DNA of 64,000 nt from Isurus oxyrinchus (GCA_026770705.1 JANJGN010000071.1:1178001-1242000); one strand, 5' to 3'; counted from the first letter of the stretch, positions 49,351-63,378 are shown. Notes: generated by a model not told the origin, from the letters alone. Made by a program: numbers and translations.

Positions 49351-50489
49351 GCGTGAAAAAGGCAGAGGGGGTCAGGAGGTTTGTGGATGGTGGCAGGGAT
49401 GAAGATTCTTGGGAACATGAGACAACCCACTGGGGGAGAGGGGGAGAGAGGGAGGAAGGGACTGAATGGGTCTGTGGTTGGTGTGGTTTGGAATGAAATG
49501 TTTCCCCAGTGACGACTTGATGCTGAGTCATTGGGGACAGAGATTCAGTNNNNNNNNNNNNNNNNNNNNNNNNNNNNNNNNNNNNNNNNNNNNNNNNNNN
49601 NNNNNNNNNNNNNNNNNNNNNNNNNNNNNNNNNNNNNNNNNNNNNNNNNNNNNNNNNNNNNNNNNNNNNNNNNNNNNNNNNNNNNNNNNNNNNNNNNNNN
49701 NNNNNNNNNNNNNNNNNNNNNNNNNNNNNATTAACTGGCTTTGTGAAATCAGCTTTTTGTCACCTGTCCCTAATACCTCATTATGTGTCTCAGAGATGGA
49801 TTTATATGTAGGTAACAATCCCCTGAAGAGATTTGGGACAGTTTGTTACATTAAGTGTGCCATATAAATGCAAGTTGTTGCAGGAAAGTTGATTTGCCTC
49901 GATTCAGAATGGTAATTCGGAGGGTCTATCGACAGGGCGTGTGTGCAACAGCCTCGCAATAAATGCATTGCACGGCAACAACTAAGCATGTCCTTTGATG
50001 CTGATGCATCCCAGTACTGCTGTGTGGACACATCACAACCGAGGGACTGCCTGACTGCGTGCAGCCAACATGGCCGAATAGTAATTAGCAGAAATGTGAT
50101 GTCACTGAACTTTGTTGACATTTCAGAAAGTGCTTTCTGAATTCTGCAACTTGTTTATTCTGTGATAGATTACAAGAAGCCTTTACATTTTCTATAATAT
50201 TACATTTATTGTCACAAGGGATTGAAATGCCCAGACACCACCACCTGGAAGTTCGCCTCCAAGACACACATCATCCTGATTTTGAAATATATCGCCATTC
50301 CTTCACTGCCACTAGGGTCAAAATCTTGGACTTCCTTCTCTAACTGCATTGTGGGTGTACCTACACCACATGGACTGCAGAGGGTCCGGAAGGCAGCTCA
50401 CCACCACCTTCTCAAGGTAATTAAGGATGGGCCATAAATGCTGGCCTAGCCAGTGATGCCCACTTCCCATGGAAGAATGAATATATAAA

Positions 50490-52170
50490 ACATAAATTTG
50501 GAACAAAATGAATGAAGTCATAGCACAAATAGAGATTAATGGGTACGATAAGATGGACACTGCAGAGAGTTGGTTGCAAGGTGACCAAGGTTGGAAATTG
50601 AAAATTGAAGGATATTTGGAATCTTTGAAAGGATAGGAAAAATGAAAAGGAGGTGGGGTAGCTCTGTTAATAAAAGATGAGACCTGTAAAGTAGTGAGAA
50701 ATGATTTTGGCTCAGATGTCAAGATGCACAGTCAGTTTGGGTGAACATAAGGAATTGCAAGGGAAAGAAATCACTGGTGGGTTGGTTTATACTCCCCCCT
50801 GAATGTAGTTACACTGCAGGGGTAGATTATAAATCAATACATGAGGAGGTTTATGAGAAAGGCACCACATTAATCATGGGAGTTTTCAATCGTCATATGG
50901 ATTAGCCAAATCAGATTAGCAAATGTAGCTTTCAGCGAGGTTATACAGATTGTATTCAGGACAGTATTTTAGAACAATCCAACATGGAACCAACCAGGGA
51001 AGAGGCTGTTTTAGTCCTGGCAATGTTTAATGAGACAAGACTAATTAACATCTCATTGTAAAGGACCCTCAAGGGAAGAGTAATCATACGGTGTTGAAAT
51101 TTAATATTCAGTTTAGAAACTTGGTTCTTAAGCTAGTGTCATAAACTTAACTAAAGGCAATTACAAGGGTTAAAAGTAGAGTCGGCCCAAGTAGAGTGGG
51201 ACAGCAGGTTAAAGTGGGGGGGGGGGGGGGGTGTAGATGAGGAGTAATAGGCGTCTAAAGAGATGTTTCATAAATTCCAATGAAGATATTTTCCAGTAAG
51301 AAAGAAAGAATCTATAAAAAGGATGGAGCATCGGCGGCTAACTCAGGAAGCTAAGGACGGTATCCAATTGTGAGATAAAGCCGGCAATGTTGGGATGCTT
51401 AGTGATAGGCTGGAGATTGGGAATATTTGAGAAACCAGAAAAGTGAGGGGAGAAATATCAGGAGGCAGAAATGATGATATGAGAGTAAACTAGCAAGAAC
51501 CATAAACAATGACAGTGAGATGTTGTACATTAAAATAAGAGAGAAGCTCCAGTAATAATGGGACACATAGAAAATCAGACTGGGGAATTAATAATGGGAA
51601 ACAGGAAATGACAGAGACTTCCAACAAGAATTTTGTGTCTGTCTTCACAGTAAAAATCTCTAAAACCATCCCAATAGCAGGAGAAAGTCACGGTGCAACA
51701 AGGAGGGAGGAACATAAAACAATCACTATCACCAGAGAAAAAGTATTAAGAAAACTAATGAGACAGATGCTGACAAGTCCCATGGAGCAGACGGCCTGAA
51801 TGTGAGGGTCTGAAAGGAAATGGCTGCAGAGACGGTGGATGCATTGGTTGTAATCTTCCAGAATTCCTTAGATTATGGGAAGGTCCCAGCGGATTGGAAA
51901 AACATAAATGAAACATTTCTGTTCAATAAAGGGAGGAGGCAGAAAGCAAGAAACTACAGGTCAGTTAGTCTAATATCTGTCATTGGGAAAATACCAGAAT
52001 TCATTATGAAGGAGGTAGCAGCGGGACATTTAGAAAACCATAATTCAATCAGACAGAGTCAACATGGGTTTGTGAAAGGGATATTATGATTGAAAAAATA
52101 ATTAGATTTCCTCGAGGATGTAACAAGTGGATTGGATAAAGGGGAACCTGTAGATGTGGTGTATTAGGGA
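50490..52170 (+). mobile_element. Degraded CR1 LINE ORF2 (endonuclease to start of RT)
   Basis: GGGVAL-like endonuclease remnant; ..VIFQNSLDYGKVPADWK..NYRSVSLISVIGK..SQHGFVKG. Confidence 0.82.
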
Positions 52171-52789
52171 CTATGACACAGCCAAGGGTAAAGGCTGAGT
52201 TGTTCAAATCCCAGAGGGAAAATTGAAACAACTGTCATAACCCAATTTTGCTGATTGTAATTTCGAGATGAAGACTTTGAATTCAGCAGGAATAAGACGA
52301 CCGAGGCTTTTGAGTTTTTTTATATAAAACTAAATAAACCATTTATTAATTTAACAACAAATTTAACACATACACATTGGCGACAAATAACTACTATAAT
52401 AAATTTTTAACAAATCCCCAATTAATCACCCCGACGTAAATCTCTACTAAGGCAACAATGAACCATTGACATAATATAGACACCAGGCAAAGCACATTTG
52501 ACAATACGAGTTCTGAATGAGGTTCCTTTGCTAGTTGGTTGGAGGCTACAGGCTGGTTAGGTCTGAAATGCTCCTGCCTCACACACACAAGCTCCTTCCT
52601 TTATATAGCTAGCTTTCCCTTTGAATGTAAATTTTCCATTGTATCACTCGGTCTTCTGAACTCCAGCTCTTCGAACAATAAAAGCCCCTTTCATTGCACC
52701 AATTTCATTAGTAAGTTCAAGAAAAAACACATCCTACTTGTAATGTTCTTATATTCTTATACAGACACAAGGTTTACTGTCAGTGCACA

Positions 52790-52964
52790 GCAAAGTGCTG
52801 TTCTGTCACTTTGTTCCAACTTCCTCATTTTGTCTCACAGAGATACATCAGCTCTTTCTAATTAAATACACAGAGGGAGCAGCACAGGAAGAGGTCATTC
52901 AGCCCAAGCAGAGCGTGTGGGCAGTCCCTCCCCAGGCGAGCAGTCGGACAGGTCCTGGGTAAGT
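52790..52964 (+). promoter_or_regulatory. Gene C promoter and non-coding exon 1
   Basis: ACTTCCTCATTT, TAAATA and donor at 52958; homologous to the gene B cassette. Confidence 0.7.
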
Positions 52965-53390
52965 AACGGAACAATTTGAATTCACTTCCACCACCAACAC
53001 CGTCCTTTGTTGATGTTGTGACTTTATAAAGACAGATTCCAATGATTGATGCCTTTGAAAGATTTCTACTGATTATTGAGATCTGGGTGTGAGGCTCAAG
53101 TCTGTTGTACAGAACATCTTTCTAGCTCAAGGGACATGAGCTTGGGGCATCCTGAGGTGGTGAAAGGTGCTATAGAAATGCAAGTCCTTCATTGTTTTTC
53201 TTTCTGAAAGCCTTGTACCTCTCTGCAGAGCACCTATCATCCCACAAAGAATCAAATTAGTCTGTGAAGATATTGTCTAAAAGCAGTTCTGATCTCTCGA
53301 GAGCATTCGGACAAGAGGTGAAGTCTCATTAACTCCTTTCTCTTTCAGAACTTCAGAGTTAGAAGCTAAAGGAATATCTGGGAGCAGACA

Positions 53391-53430
53391 ATGATCGGGA
53401 AATCTTACTTCCTCCTGTCACTTCTCCAAG
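53391..53430 (+). CDS. Gene C leader exon MIGKSYFLLSLLQ
   Basis: 40 nt, CAAG|gtaata donor. Confidence 0.87.
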
Positions 53431-56400
53431 GTAATACCATTGTCAGCTCGGACAGATTTATGGTTAATAGTCTTTGTAAAAGATCATTCTTATTGAGCTC
53501 TGATAGGGAACCGATTCAGCAGTGAGCCAGTGTACAAACTCACACCAAGTCCCATTCACCCATCACCCCTGTGCTCACTGATATACACTGACTCCCTGTC
53601 TCACAGCAGGATTGGAGGAGAGCAGAGGCCTTGGAGGGTTGTAGGGGCTGGAGGAGTGTACAGGGATAGGCAGGTTTGTAGCAGCGAGAGCAGAATCTTA
53701 AAATTCAGGTGCTGTCAGACGTTGGTCAGTGAGCGATGGGGATTGATGGGTTGAGTAGAGAAGCACGGATAAAAACTGGGGGATGAAGTCTATCCTAATG
53801 TGAAGTCTCCGATAGCAATGACCTGAAATTTGTGTCCTTTGCTGCCTTTATTCAAAATTTCCCATGAAGACAGCACAGCAGCTCCTAGAATAGACAGGCT
53901 GTTCAGTTTCACACTTCCTGTCCATTCTCACCTTGCTAGATACTTCAATAAGGGAGCAAGATAACTGAAAGAGAGAAGGAAGGCAAAGCTGTCTGTGTGT
54001 AAAGCTGTCAAATATTCTGAGTTATCATGAGTGTCTCTGACCTGCTGCAGAGTTTAAATTTCACAGAATCTGGGCACTTTGCAGCTCAGAGAGAGACCAT
54101 TGACTCACTGCCTGAAAGGGCGGTGGAAGCAGATTCAACAGGAACTTTCAGAAGGGGAACTGGATAAATACTTGAAGGGAAATTTGCAGGGCTGTGCGAA
54201 AGGTGCTGGAGAGGAATTGGGAAAGAGCCAGCACATGCATGATGGGTCAAATTAGCTCCTCCTGTGTTGTATCATTCAACAATCAGACAATTTAAGACCC
54301 TTGTCAGCAAATCTTCAGAATCCTGCTGAATCACAGATGTTTCAGAAGGACAGGGAACAAGAGGTTTCTGGTATCAGCGTTTCATGTGGGGGCCAGTTCA
54401 GTTTGAACAAAAAAAATGACAACAGCGCCTTTGAAAGTCATGAACCCACCGCAGCGGCACCTGCGACACATGCAGAGCTCAGGCTAGAGGCGCTTTGTTA
54501 GTGTGTTTCACAGTGTCTGCTGGAGTAGGGTCAGTGCTGAGCTTGGGGACAAGTCAGTCTACAATGCTGCATCGGAATCAACAATACAACAATATGGGGT
54601 TTGGATCAGAAATAATCCATTAGACAATGAGGATCCAAAGAGATTCCTTAGACAATGAGGATCCAAAGAGATTCCTTTGGCAGTGAGAATCCAAAGAGAT
54701 TCCTTATTCCATTGGTTGTCTAACTGGGGTCCATGATTTTCCAAGGGGTCCTTGGCAGAATCAAATTATCGAGCAATAGTGTGTAAAATACCGGAGAGAA
54801 CGGGAAAGGTGGGATCAATGGAAAACTGTTCACTCTGTTTACACTAATGGGAGTTAGTCTCAGTAATGGAGACCATGAAACTATCATCGATTGTCATACA
54901 CACCCATCTGGTTCACTAATGGCCTTTAGGGAAGGAAATCTGCCGTCTATATCTGGTCTGGCCTACATGTGACTCCAGACTCATAGCAACGTGGTTCCTC
55001 TGAAATGTCCGAGCAAACCATCCAGTTCTCACCATGCTAGAAACTTCAATAAGGGAGTAAGATAATCGAAAGACAGAAGGAAGGTAAAGCTGCTCATGTG
55101 GATAGATGTCAAATATCCTGAGTGATCATGATTGTCTCTACTCTGCTACAGAGATTATGTCACGGGACATTAGAGATGGGCAGCAAATGCTGGCCTTGGC
55201 AGCGACGCCCACATCCCATGAATGAATACATTTACAAAATCTTATTACTTGGAAGGTGCAAGTGCAGGTTGTTATGATCCTTGAGCAGACCCTCTCAGCA
55301 CTGACCCTACTCCAGCAGACCCTGTGAAACACACTAACAAAGCGCCTCTCGCCTGAGCTCTGCATGTGTCGGAGGTGCCGCTGTGGTGGGTTCATGACTT
55401 TCAAAGATGGTGTTGTTTATTTGTTCAAACTGAACTGGGCCCCACACAAAACGCTGATACCAGAAACCTCTTGTTCCCTGTCCTTCTGAAATATCCGTGA
55501 CTTCAGCAGGATTCTGAAGAGTTGCTGATGGAGGAACAGGCACCCAATTTTTTTTGATAATTTACAGTTAGGAACCAATAATATTTTGTTTCAAGTAGAC
55601 GAGGTTTGAGATTTAAGACGCTTGCGAAGAGAATAAAGCTACAAGATTCCATGGCTTTTAAACAAACAAAAATAACTTTACCAGCTCAGAAAGATAAAAT
55701 AATTCACAATATCCACCTTATACCCTAACATTCTGGATTAATATGAGCTCATGTGAATTAACAGGCAAACTGTGGTCTCACAGCCACATTACTCATTAAA
55801 TTGTAAACGCAACCAAGATAGAGCCCATGGATTTCACAACAACCCACCCGGACATCAGTGAACACTGTCAGTCAACCAATCTCACTGAAACTCTGTTTCT
55901 CTCATGAGGGATTCCAATCTTCAACTTCGAAGATCTTGCCTTGGAATTCTCTCCAAAAGTCGCTTCAACTCGGATGGCCTCAGTGACGTTCCACCTCACA
56001 GGGTTTCCATCTCTTCTCCTGAGGCTCCATTGCCCTGGATTCCCCACTATATACTCAAGTACCACTAGGTTTAGATGAAAGGTTTTGATTGGGTAGAGAG
56101 AGAATGTTGCCTCTTGTGGGCAGGAGAATAACTAGAGGCCGAGTGATTGGTAATTCCTTAAACATTGAAGAGGGAATGAACACCAATCAGATTGAATCAG
56201 ATTAGCCAATCAGCTGTGTTGAAGAGCAGACAGGAATGTTAGGCTAATTAGTGATTCATGACGGTGATAATGGGGGGAGTTCTGAGTGCTCCTAATCCAA
56301 TGTCCTGTCTTGTAAATCAGCACTGAATGGATCTCAATTGGTGCGTCTTGTAGACACTGTGTTGGGTGGAAGACTGTCTTCACTAAGGGGAAGCGGTAGC

Positions 56401-56880
56401 AGAGAGGTATTGTCACTGGGCTAGTATTCCAGAGGCCCAGGGTGATGCTCTGGGGCCCTGGGTGTGAATCCCATCACAGCAGGTGAATGGGATTAAAAAG
56501 CCTGGTTCACTGATCACCTATAGGGAAGGAAATCTGCCACCCTTACCCAGTCTGGCCTACATGTCACTTCAAACCCACAGCAATGTGGTTGACTCTTAAA
56601 TACCTCTGATGGACATGGGATGGGCAATAAGTCCCATGAATGAATAATTTGAAAAAATTCTAAACAGAGTCCTGAGGAGCATGAGCCAATGTAGAATGAA
56701 CTTGTCCACTCCTGCATCCAGGATTCTCTTCCATCCATTGTGAAACCTTGAGGAGTTCCTTGTGTGTCCTGTAGATGGTCCACACTGCAGCCAATGTGCC
56801 CCAGTGATGGAGGGGGTGGATATCAAGTCTAGTGGATCGAAAAAACATCCAGAATTAAGTATTGATTTTTCTCTCCACAG

Positions 56881-57246
56881 TTGGACTGTCACAAGAGTGG
56901 AAAGGTGACACTCCACGAGAGGTGACAGCGCAGGAAGGTTCCTGTGTACAGATTCCATGTCATTACAGTTATCCATCACATTTGGAAAAGCAACCACGAG
57001 TTGCAATCTGGTTTAATAATGAGGAATGGAGAACATCGTCTATAGCCTTTCACTCCAAGGATCACAGTCACGAGTTACCACGGTTCCACCATCGGACCCG
57101 GCTGTCTGGAGACCTGAAAGATGGTGACTGTTCCCTGATTATAAACAACATCAGACGGGAAGATGAAGGACCTTATTTTTTCAGAATAGAATTTGACAGC
57201 AGAAATAAATACAGCTACTATCCTGTAACCCAGCTTCACGTTTCTG
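56881..57246 (+). CDS. Gene C Siglec V-set domain
   Basis: 366 nt, phase 1-1; CVQIPCHYSYP, DCSL, YFFRIEFDSRNKYSY (essential Arg present). Confidence 0.93.
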
Positions 57247-58105
57247 GTAAGTGCTGTGTTATAATTACTCAACAATTCACTTTCAACTCTCAATGGGAAG
57301 TAACACAAACTGTGACGTTTACATATTAACACAAAACACAGCATATTATAACACACTGTCTAATTCTCAATAACCTGGTGATAGCTTCCAGTTCAGTTCT
57401 AAAGCAACCTCTAATACTCACTTTAATATCAATGATGAAAAGCATTAACTGTATTATCAGGGTATCCATTCCCATCAATCTCTCCTGTCCTGTTTAAAAG
57501 TCTGACGTATCGATAAAAGAAAGATGTGCATTTCTGCAGCGCAATTTACCACCTCAGGAGGATCCAAATCCCTTCACAGCCAATTAAATTATTCCTGAAT
57601 TGTAGTCACAGATGTAAAACACAGCAGGCAGTTTGTGCACAGCAAGATCCAACAAACCACAATGTAATAAATCACCCAGATCACTGAGGAAATGAGAAGC
57701 CAGTGAACTCAAACCTCTGGTCTGATGAAGAGTCATACAGACTCGAAACGTTAACCCTGTCTTCCTCTCCACTGATACTGTCAGACCTGCTGAGTCTTTC
57801 CAGCAATTTTTGTTTTTGTTTCAGATTTCCAGCATCCGCAGTATTCTGCTTTTAACTCCAATCTCTGGTCTGAGCCTCTTCTCTCATCCAGTGTTCTCAA
57901 TTCACATGTCTCGGAGTGAACGTGTATTAAGCTGAGAGACAGAAACACTACTGCCAAAGAGCAAGAAAATCTTTCCTGATCATTGTAACCTCTCAGTTCT
58001 GATATCATCCTTGTAAAAGTGCTTTCTCTTGTGGGATTGTGATTTCTATTTGAACTGATGCTTCACGTTATATTTCTCTAAAAGGATCCATTTTCTGTGT
58101 GTTAG

Positions 58106-58402
58106 ATTTCACAGATAAACCCACGATATTCCCTGCTGAAATTATTGCACGAAAGCGTGTGGATGTAAGCTGCACCTTCAACACAACGTGCAATGGAACA
58201 GCAGCACCTGTCTTAACCTGGGACACTCCCACTGACGTACCTGGATCAGTCTCAAACACTGTAACTCAGCATGGTGTCACTCTGACCTATACTTCTGTTC
58301 TGACCCTGATCCCATCACTCAAACACCATGGACACAATCTCAGCTGCAGAGTGAGATATCCATCTGTTTCATCGGAGCGGACCCTCGTACTAACTGTACA
58401 AG
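58106..58402 (+). CDS. Gene C Ig C2-set domain
   Basis: 297 nt with canonical G|gtaagt donor. Confidence 0.92.
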
Positions 58403-59169
58403 GTAAGTACAGACACCCTTTATTCTAATTTGGCCATTATAGTCCACATGGTACACAGTAAAAACCCATAAACTACAGTTTGTTTAACAATAGATCATCT
58501 GCTTTTATTGATAAAAATTCACTTCTGACATTGCAGAGCTCCCTTCCTACTGACCCCCCGATAGTGCAGNNNNNNNNNNNNNNNNNNNNNNNNNNNNNNN
58601 NNNNNNNNNNNNNNNNNNNNNNNNNNNNNNNNNNNNNNNNNNNNNNNNNNNNNNNNNNNNNNNNNNNNNNNNNNNNNNNNNNNNNNNNNNNNNNNNNNNN
58701 NNNNNNNNNNNNNNNNNNNNNNNNNNNNNNNNNNNNNNNNNNNNNNNNNNNNNNNACACAGACGCACGCACACATACACACCTAGANNNNNNNNNNNNNN
58801 NNNNNNNNNNNNNNNNNNNNNNNNNNNNNNNNNNNNNNNNNNNNNNNNNNNNNNNNNNNNNNNNNNNNNNNNNNNNNNNNNNNNNNNNNNNNNNNNNNNN
58901 NNNNNNNNNNNNNNNNNNNNNNNNNNNNNNNNNNNNNNNNNNNNNNNNNNNNNNNNNNNNNNNNNNNNNNNNNNNNNNNNNNNNNNNNNNNNNNNNNNNN
59001 NNNNNNNNNNNNNNNNNNNNNNNNNNNNNNNNNNNNNNNNNNNNNNNNNNNNNNNNNNNNCCACACTGGATCACTCTGGATCACTGTCCTGGTTTTTGGG
59101 CTGTGTTGAAACATTCAGTTTGGACGCTCCTTAAAACCGATCTCTTTGACAAAGCTTTTGGTGAAACAA

Positions 59170-60060
59170 ACATACGAACACAGGAATGAGGAGCAGGAGG
59201 AGGCCAGTCAGCCCCTCGAGCCTGTTCCACCTTTCCATAAGGTCATGGATGACCTGATTGTAACCTCCACCCCACATTCCCTGCTCACCCCTGATGACCT
59301 TTCACCCCTTTGTGAATCAAGAACCTATCGAGCTGCGCCTTAAAAATATTCAAAGACTCTATTTCCTGCCTTTTCAGGAAGAGTTCCAAAGCCTCACGAC
59401 CCTCTGAGAGGAAACATTTTCTCCTCATCTCTGTCATAAATGATCAAACCCTTATTTTTAATCAGTGACGCCTAGTTCTAGCTTCTTCCACAAGAGGAAA
59501 CATCCTCCCGACATCCACCCTGTCAAGGCCCCTCAGGATCTTAAATCTCTCAATCAGGTCTCCCCTTCCTCTTCTAAATTCCAGTGGATACAAGTCTAAC
59601 TTGTCCAGCCCGTCCTCATAAGACAACCCGCCCATTCCTGGTGTTGGTCCAATAAACCTTCTCTGAACTGCTCCTGATGCATTTACACCTTTCCCTAAAT
59701 AAGGAGGCCAATACTGAACACAAAGCTCCAGATGTGGTCTCCCCAGCCCCCTGTATAACTGAAGTGTAACCTCCCTACGTTTGGATTCAATGCCCCTCAC
59801 AGTAAATCATAACATTCTATTCGCTTTCCGAATTACCTGCTGTTCCTGCACACTAACCTTTTGCGATTCATGCACTAGGACACCCAGATCCCTCTGAATC
59901 TCAGAGCTCTGCAATCTCTCACCATTGAGATAATAAGCTACTTTTTTATTCTCCCTGTCAAAATGGACAATTTCACATTTCCCCACATTGTGCAATATTT
60001 GCCCATTCACTTAACCTCTCTCTGTCAATTTGTAGCCTCCTTACACCCTCTTCACAAGGT
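59170..60060 (-). mobile_element. CR1 LINE 3' fragment (internally deleted counterpart at 24740-25030)
   Basis: NVGKCEIVHF..QRDLGVLVH..LYRGLGRPHLELCVQYW. Confidence 0.88.
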
Positions 60061-60719
60061 CATCTGTCCCTGACATCACCTTATGTGACTCAGGGTCTTG
60101 ACAGGTTTTAGTCAACAGTAAACAGGCAGAAATTGGAGTTTGATTAATATTCATATATTTCTTTGATCAAATTATCAATAAATGATACATTGAAAAGGGT
60201 GACCTGTATTTATTGAATGACCAGATCGTCACGAAACACTTTACAGTCAACGATATATGTTTGAAGCAATGTCATGTTGTAATGTAGGAAACACGGCACC
60301 AACCTGTGCACAGCAAGATCCCACAAAGCAAGGTGACAGTGATCTGATAATGTATTATTTTAATGAGGTTGTTTGATACGTATATAGAGATCACATGTAT
60401 AGGGTGGGTCACTAATGTCCATTTAGTGAGGAAAACCTGTCCATTTTAAAAGTTCTGGGTGTGTATGTGACTCCAGTCTCAGACACCAACATGGTTAACT
60501 CTTACCTGCCCTCTGAACTGGTCTCCCAGTTTGGGACAAACCAGTGGTTCAGGAGGAAGATCCCCCACCACATTCTCAAGGGGAAACTAGGCTTGGAAAA
60601 TAAATGTCAGCATTGCCCGAGAATGAGTATTTAAACACTGAGTGAGTGTATCGCTTCTCGAGATACATCGGAGCATCATTGTAAACCTGTAGTGCAGTAA
60701 TTAATGGCTGTTTTTACAG

Positions 60720-60816
60720 GTAGAGACTCCAGTAAATGGACAGTAGGATTGTTCACGGCTGGGATCATGTTGAGTGTTTTCCTGGCTGGAATCTTCATCT
60801 TCATCTGTGTGAGAAA
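60720..60816 (+). CDS. Gene C transmembrane exon
   Basis: 97 nt; same peptide as gene B. Confidence 0.9.
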
Positions 60817-61790
60817 GTAAGTCTGAAGATTTAACTTGATTTTAATTTAAATATTTACTTCAAAGTTCTTTCCTTAAGTCGGTGATTGTTTCCCTTGGGA
60901 TCAGCACCAGGTCCCTCTCTATAAGTGATCCCTGCGTTCACTCTGATCAGGAGAGAACCTTTCATTGTCCTGTATCCAGGTAAACGATCAGGAGAACCAG
61001 AGATTCCTCACTCTGCACGATTACTCCTGGATTGTATCAGGTCACCTTGTGATTCCACACAACCGGAGAAGTGGTTATAACCATCAGGAATGATTGAACA
61101 GTCTGGGTAGTGGGACTAATTGGTCAGTTTTTTCAAAGGGCCAGCACAGGCACGATGGGCTGAGTGGCTTCCTCCTGAGCTGTGAGATTTTAAATTCTTT
61201 CATCGAATGTAACTGTCACTGGTGAGGCCGCTATTAATTGCCCATCTCTAATTGCCCCTTGAGAAGGTGGTGGTGAGCTGCCTTCTTGACCCGCTGCAGT
61301 CCATGTGGTGTAGGTACACCCACAGTGCTGTCAGAGAGGGAGTTCCAGGATTTTGACCCAGCGACAGTGAAGGAACGGTGATATATTTCCAAGTCAGGAT
61401 GGTGAGTGACTTGGAGGGGAACTTCCAGGTGGTGGTGTTCCCATGTGTCTGCTGCCCTTGTCCTTCTAGATGGTAGAGGTCGTGGGTTTGGAAGGTGCTG
61501 TTGAAGGAGCCTTGCTGAGTTGCTGCAGTGCATCTTGTAGATGGTACACACACTGCTGCCACTGTGTGTTCATGGTGGAGGGAGTGAATGTTTAATGTGG
61601 GGGATGGGGTGTAGATCAATCGGGCTGCTTTGTCCTGGATGGTGTCGAGATTCTTGATTCTGTGCTTTGTGCAGAAGTGATTTAAAGAGACAGTCCCTGT
61701 CATTGGTGTAAGGTTACAGTAGGCTCTGTGTCTGGGCTGCACTGACTCTCTGCTATATGATAACCACAGTGTGATATTTTGTTATTGCAG

Positions 61791-61872
61791 GAGAAAGACA
61801 GTGATGGAGGAGAGAGTTTCAGGGACCAGTGACATTGCATTGACCCCCAGTTCACTCTCTGTGAAGCACCAG
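61791..61872 (+). CDS. Gene C cytoplasmic exon 1 RKTVMEERVSGTSDIALTPSSLSVKHQ
   Basis: 82 nt with canonical splice sites. Confidence 0.87.
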
Positions 61873-62007
61873 GTACAGGAGCTGTTTACACTCACTCCAA
61901 AGCTTCAATCTCAGTGTGTAGACAACACATGTCCCAGATTCCCAGCCCAGTTATCCACTGATTTGTACCTGTGGAGTCAGCAATGGTTCAGTATCACGCT
62001 GTCTCTC

Positions 62008-62765
62008 TGTTATGACTCAGCAACTGGTAAAGGCTGTTGTTTAAAATCCCAGAGGGAAACTTTAAACAACTGTCATAACCTATATTTCCCAGTGGAATGT
62101 TTGAGATGCAGCTCTAAATTAAGGAATAAGACCACCAGTTCTCGGGATGGTTTTATATCAAACTACATGAGACGTTTATTAATTTACACAAGTTAAACAT
62201 ATGCACATGGCTACAAACTAGTATTATCATAACTTTTTAACAAATTCTTAAACTAATCTCCTCTAAGACAACCCATAGACTTTAAGCAGACACCAGGCAA
62301 AGCATTTTCACCTCACAAATTCCAAATGAGGTTCCTTTCACTTTGGTTCCTTTGCAGACAGGTGCAGGCTTACAGCTGCTTTGATGTTACAAGCCTCTGC
62401 TCTGCACACACAAAACTGCTCAAGTTATACCCAGCGCTTCGATTTGAATGTAAATTCTCATTGTATCATCAGGACCTTTGAACTACACCTCTTTTAACAA
62501 TAAATCCCCTTTCATCGTCTCAATTTTATTAGTAATATAAACGTTGATGGGTTTAAGATTTCACCCCCAGACATTGAATGCTCTATTTAAAAATGCAAAT
62601 TACCACTTTACCTCTTTGTTTACATCTCAAAACTATGATACATCAAAGTACACAGACTGGCTGGCTTTCATCCAATTAAAACACACACAAACACACCCAC
62701 AGACTGAACTCCTGTCAAAATAGACAATTTCCAATTACATTACATACATTAATAGATTCATAACA
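62008..62765 (-). mobile_element. Solo LTR-like element
   Basis: TGTTATGA...TCATAACA ends in a CT-repeat target. Confidence 0.65.
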
Positions 62766-63288
62766 CTCTGTCTCTGTCCCTTCATCTCTATCCCTCTCTC
62801 TCATCCTCTCTCTGATTACAAGGTGCATGTTATTGAGCCTCACACCAGGCACCTGTGTGCAGAATCCAAGCCGTCACTCGCCAGAGCCATTACCGAGGGA
62901 GTGCGAGACTGACAGAGGGTCAGTACTGAGGGAGTGCTGCACTGCCGGAGGGTCAGTACTGAGGGAGTACTGCACTGCCGGAGGGTCAGTACTGAGGTAG
63001 CACTGCACTGTCGGAGGGTCAGTACTGAGGGAGTGCTGCACTGTCAGAGGGTCAGTACTGAGGGAGTGCTGCACTGCCGGAGGGTCAGTACTGAGGGAGT
63101 ACTGCACTGCCGGAGGGTCAGTACTGAGAGAGTGCTGCACATGCCTTAGGTGGTTTCTATCATAAGCCATGGGAAGGAGAGTTAAACCCACTGAGCCACG
63201 ACTGACACTAACGAGGCTGCACAATAATTTAACCCTATCAGTGCCAGGAAATGATGTGAGGATGCCTTCTGTTTCCATTTCTCTGTAG

Positions 63289-63378
63289 GGTAAACAGAAC
63301 GTGCTGATTACTGAGCCCCAGAACACAACCAGAGACACAACTAGTGAGGGGGAGACCCCAGCTCCCCGGGATCTCTGA
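63289..63378 (+). CDS. Gene C terminal exon, truncated (GKQNV..PAPRDL*)
   Basis: GATCTCTGA vs GATCTCTCTGAA in gene B: a 2-nt deletion gives TGA at 63376. LLYANP and TEYAQI (to 63529) are left out of frame. Confidence 0.87.
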   Translation, partial: GKQNVLITEPQNTTRDTTSEGETPAPRDL

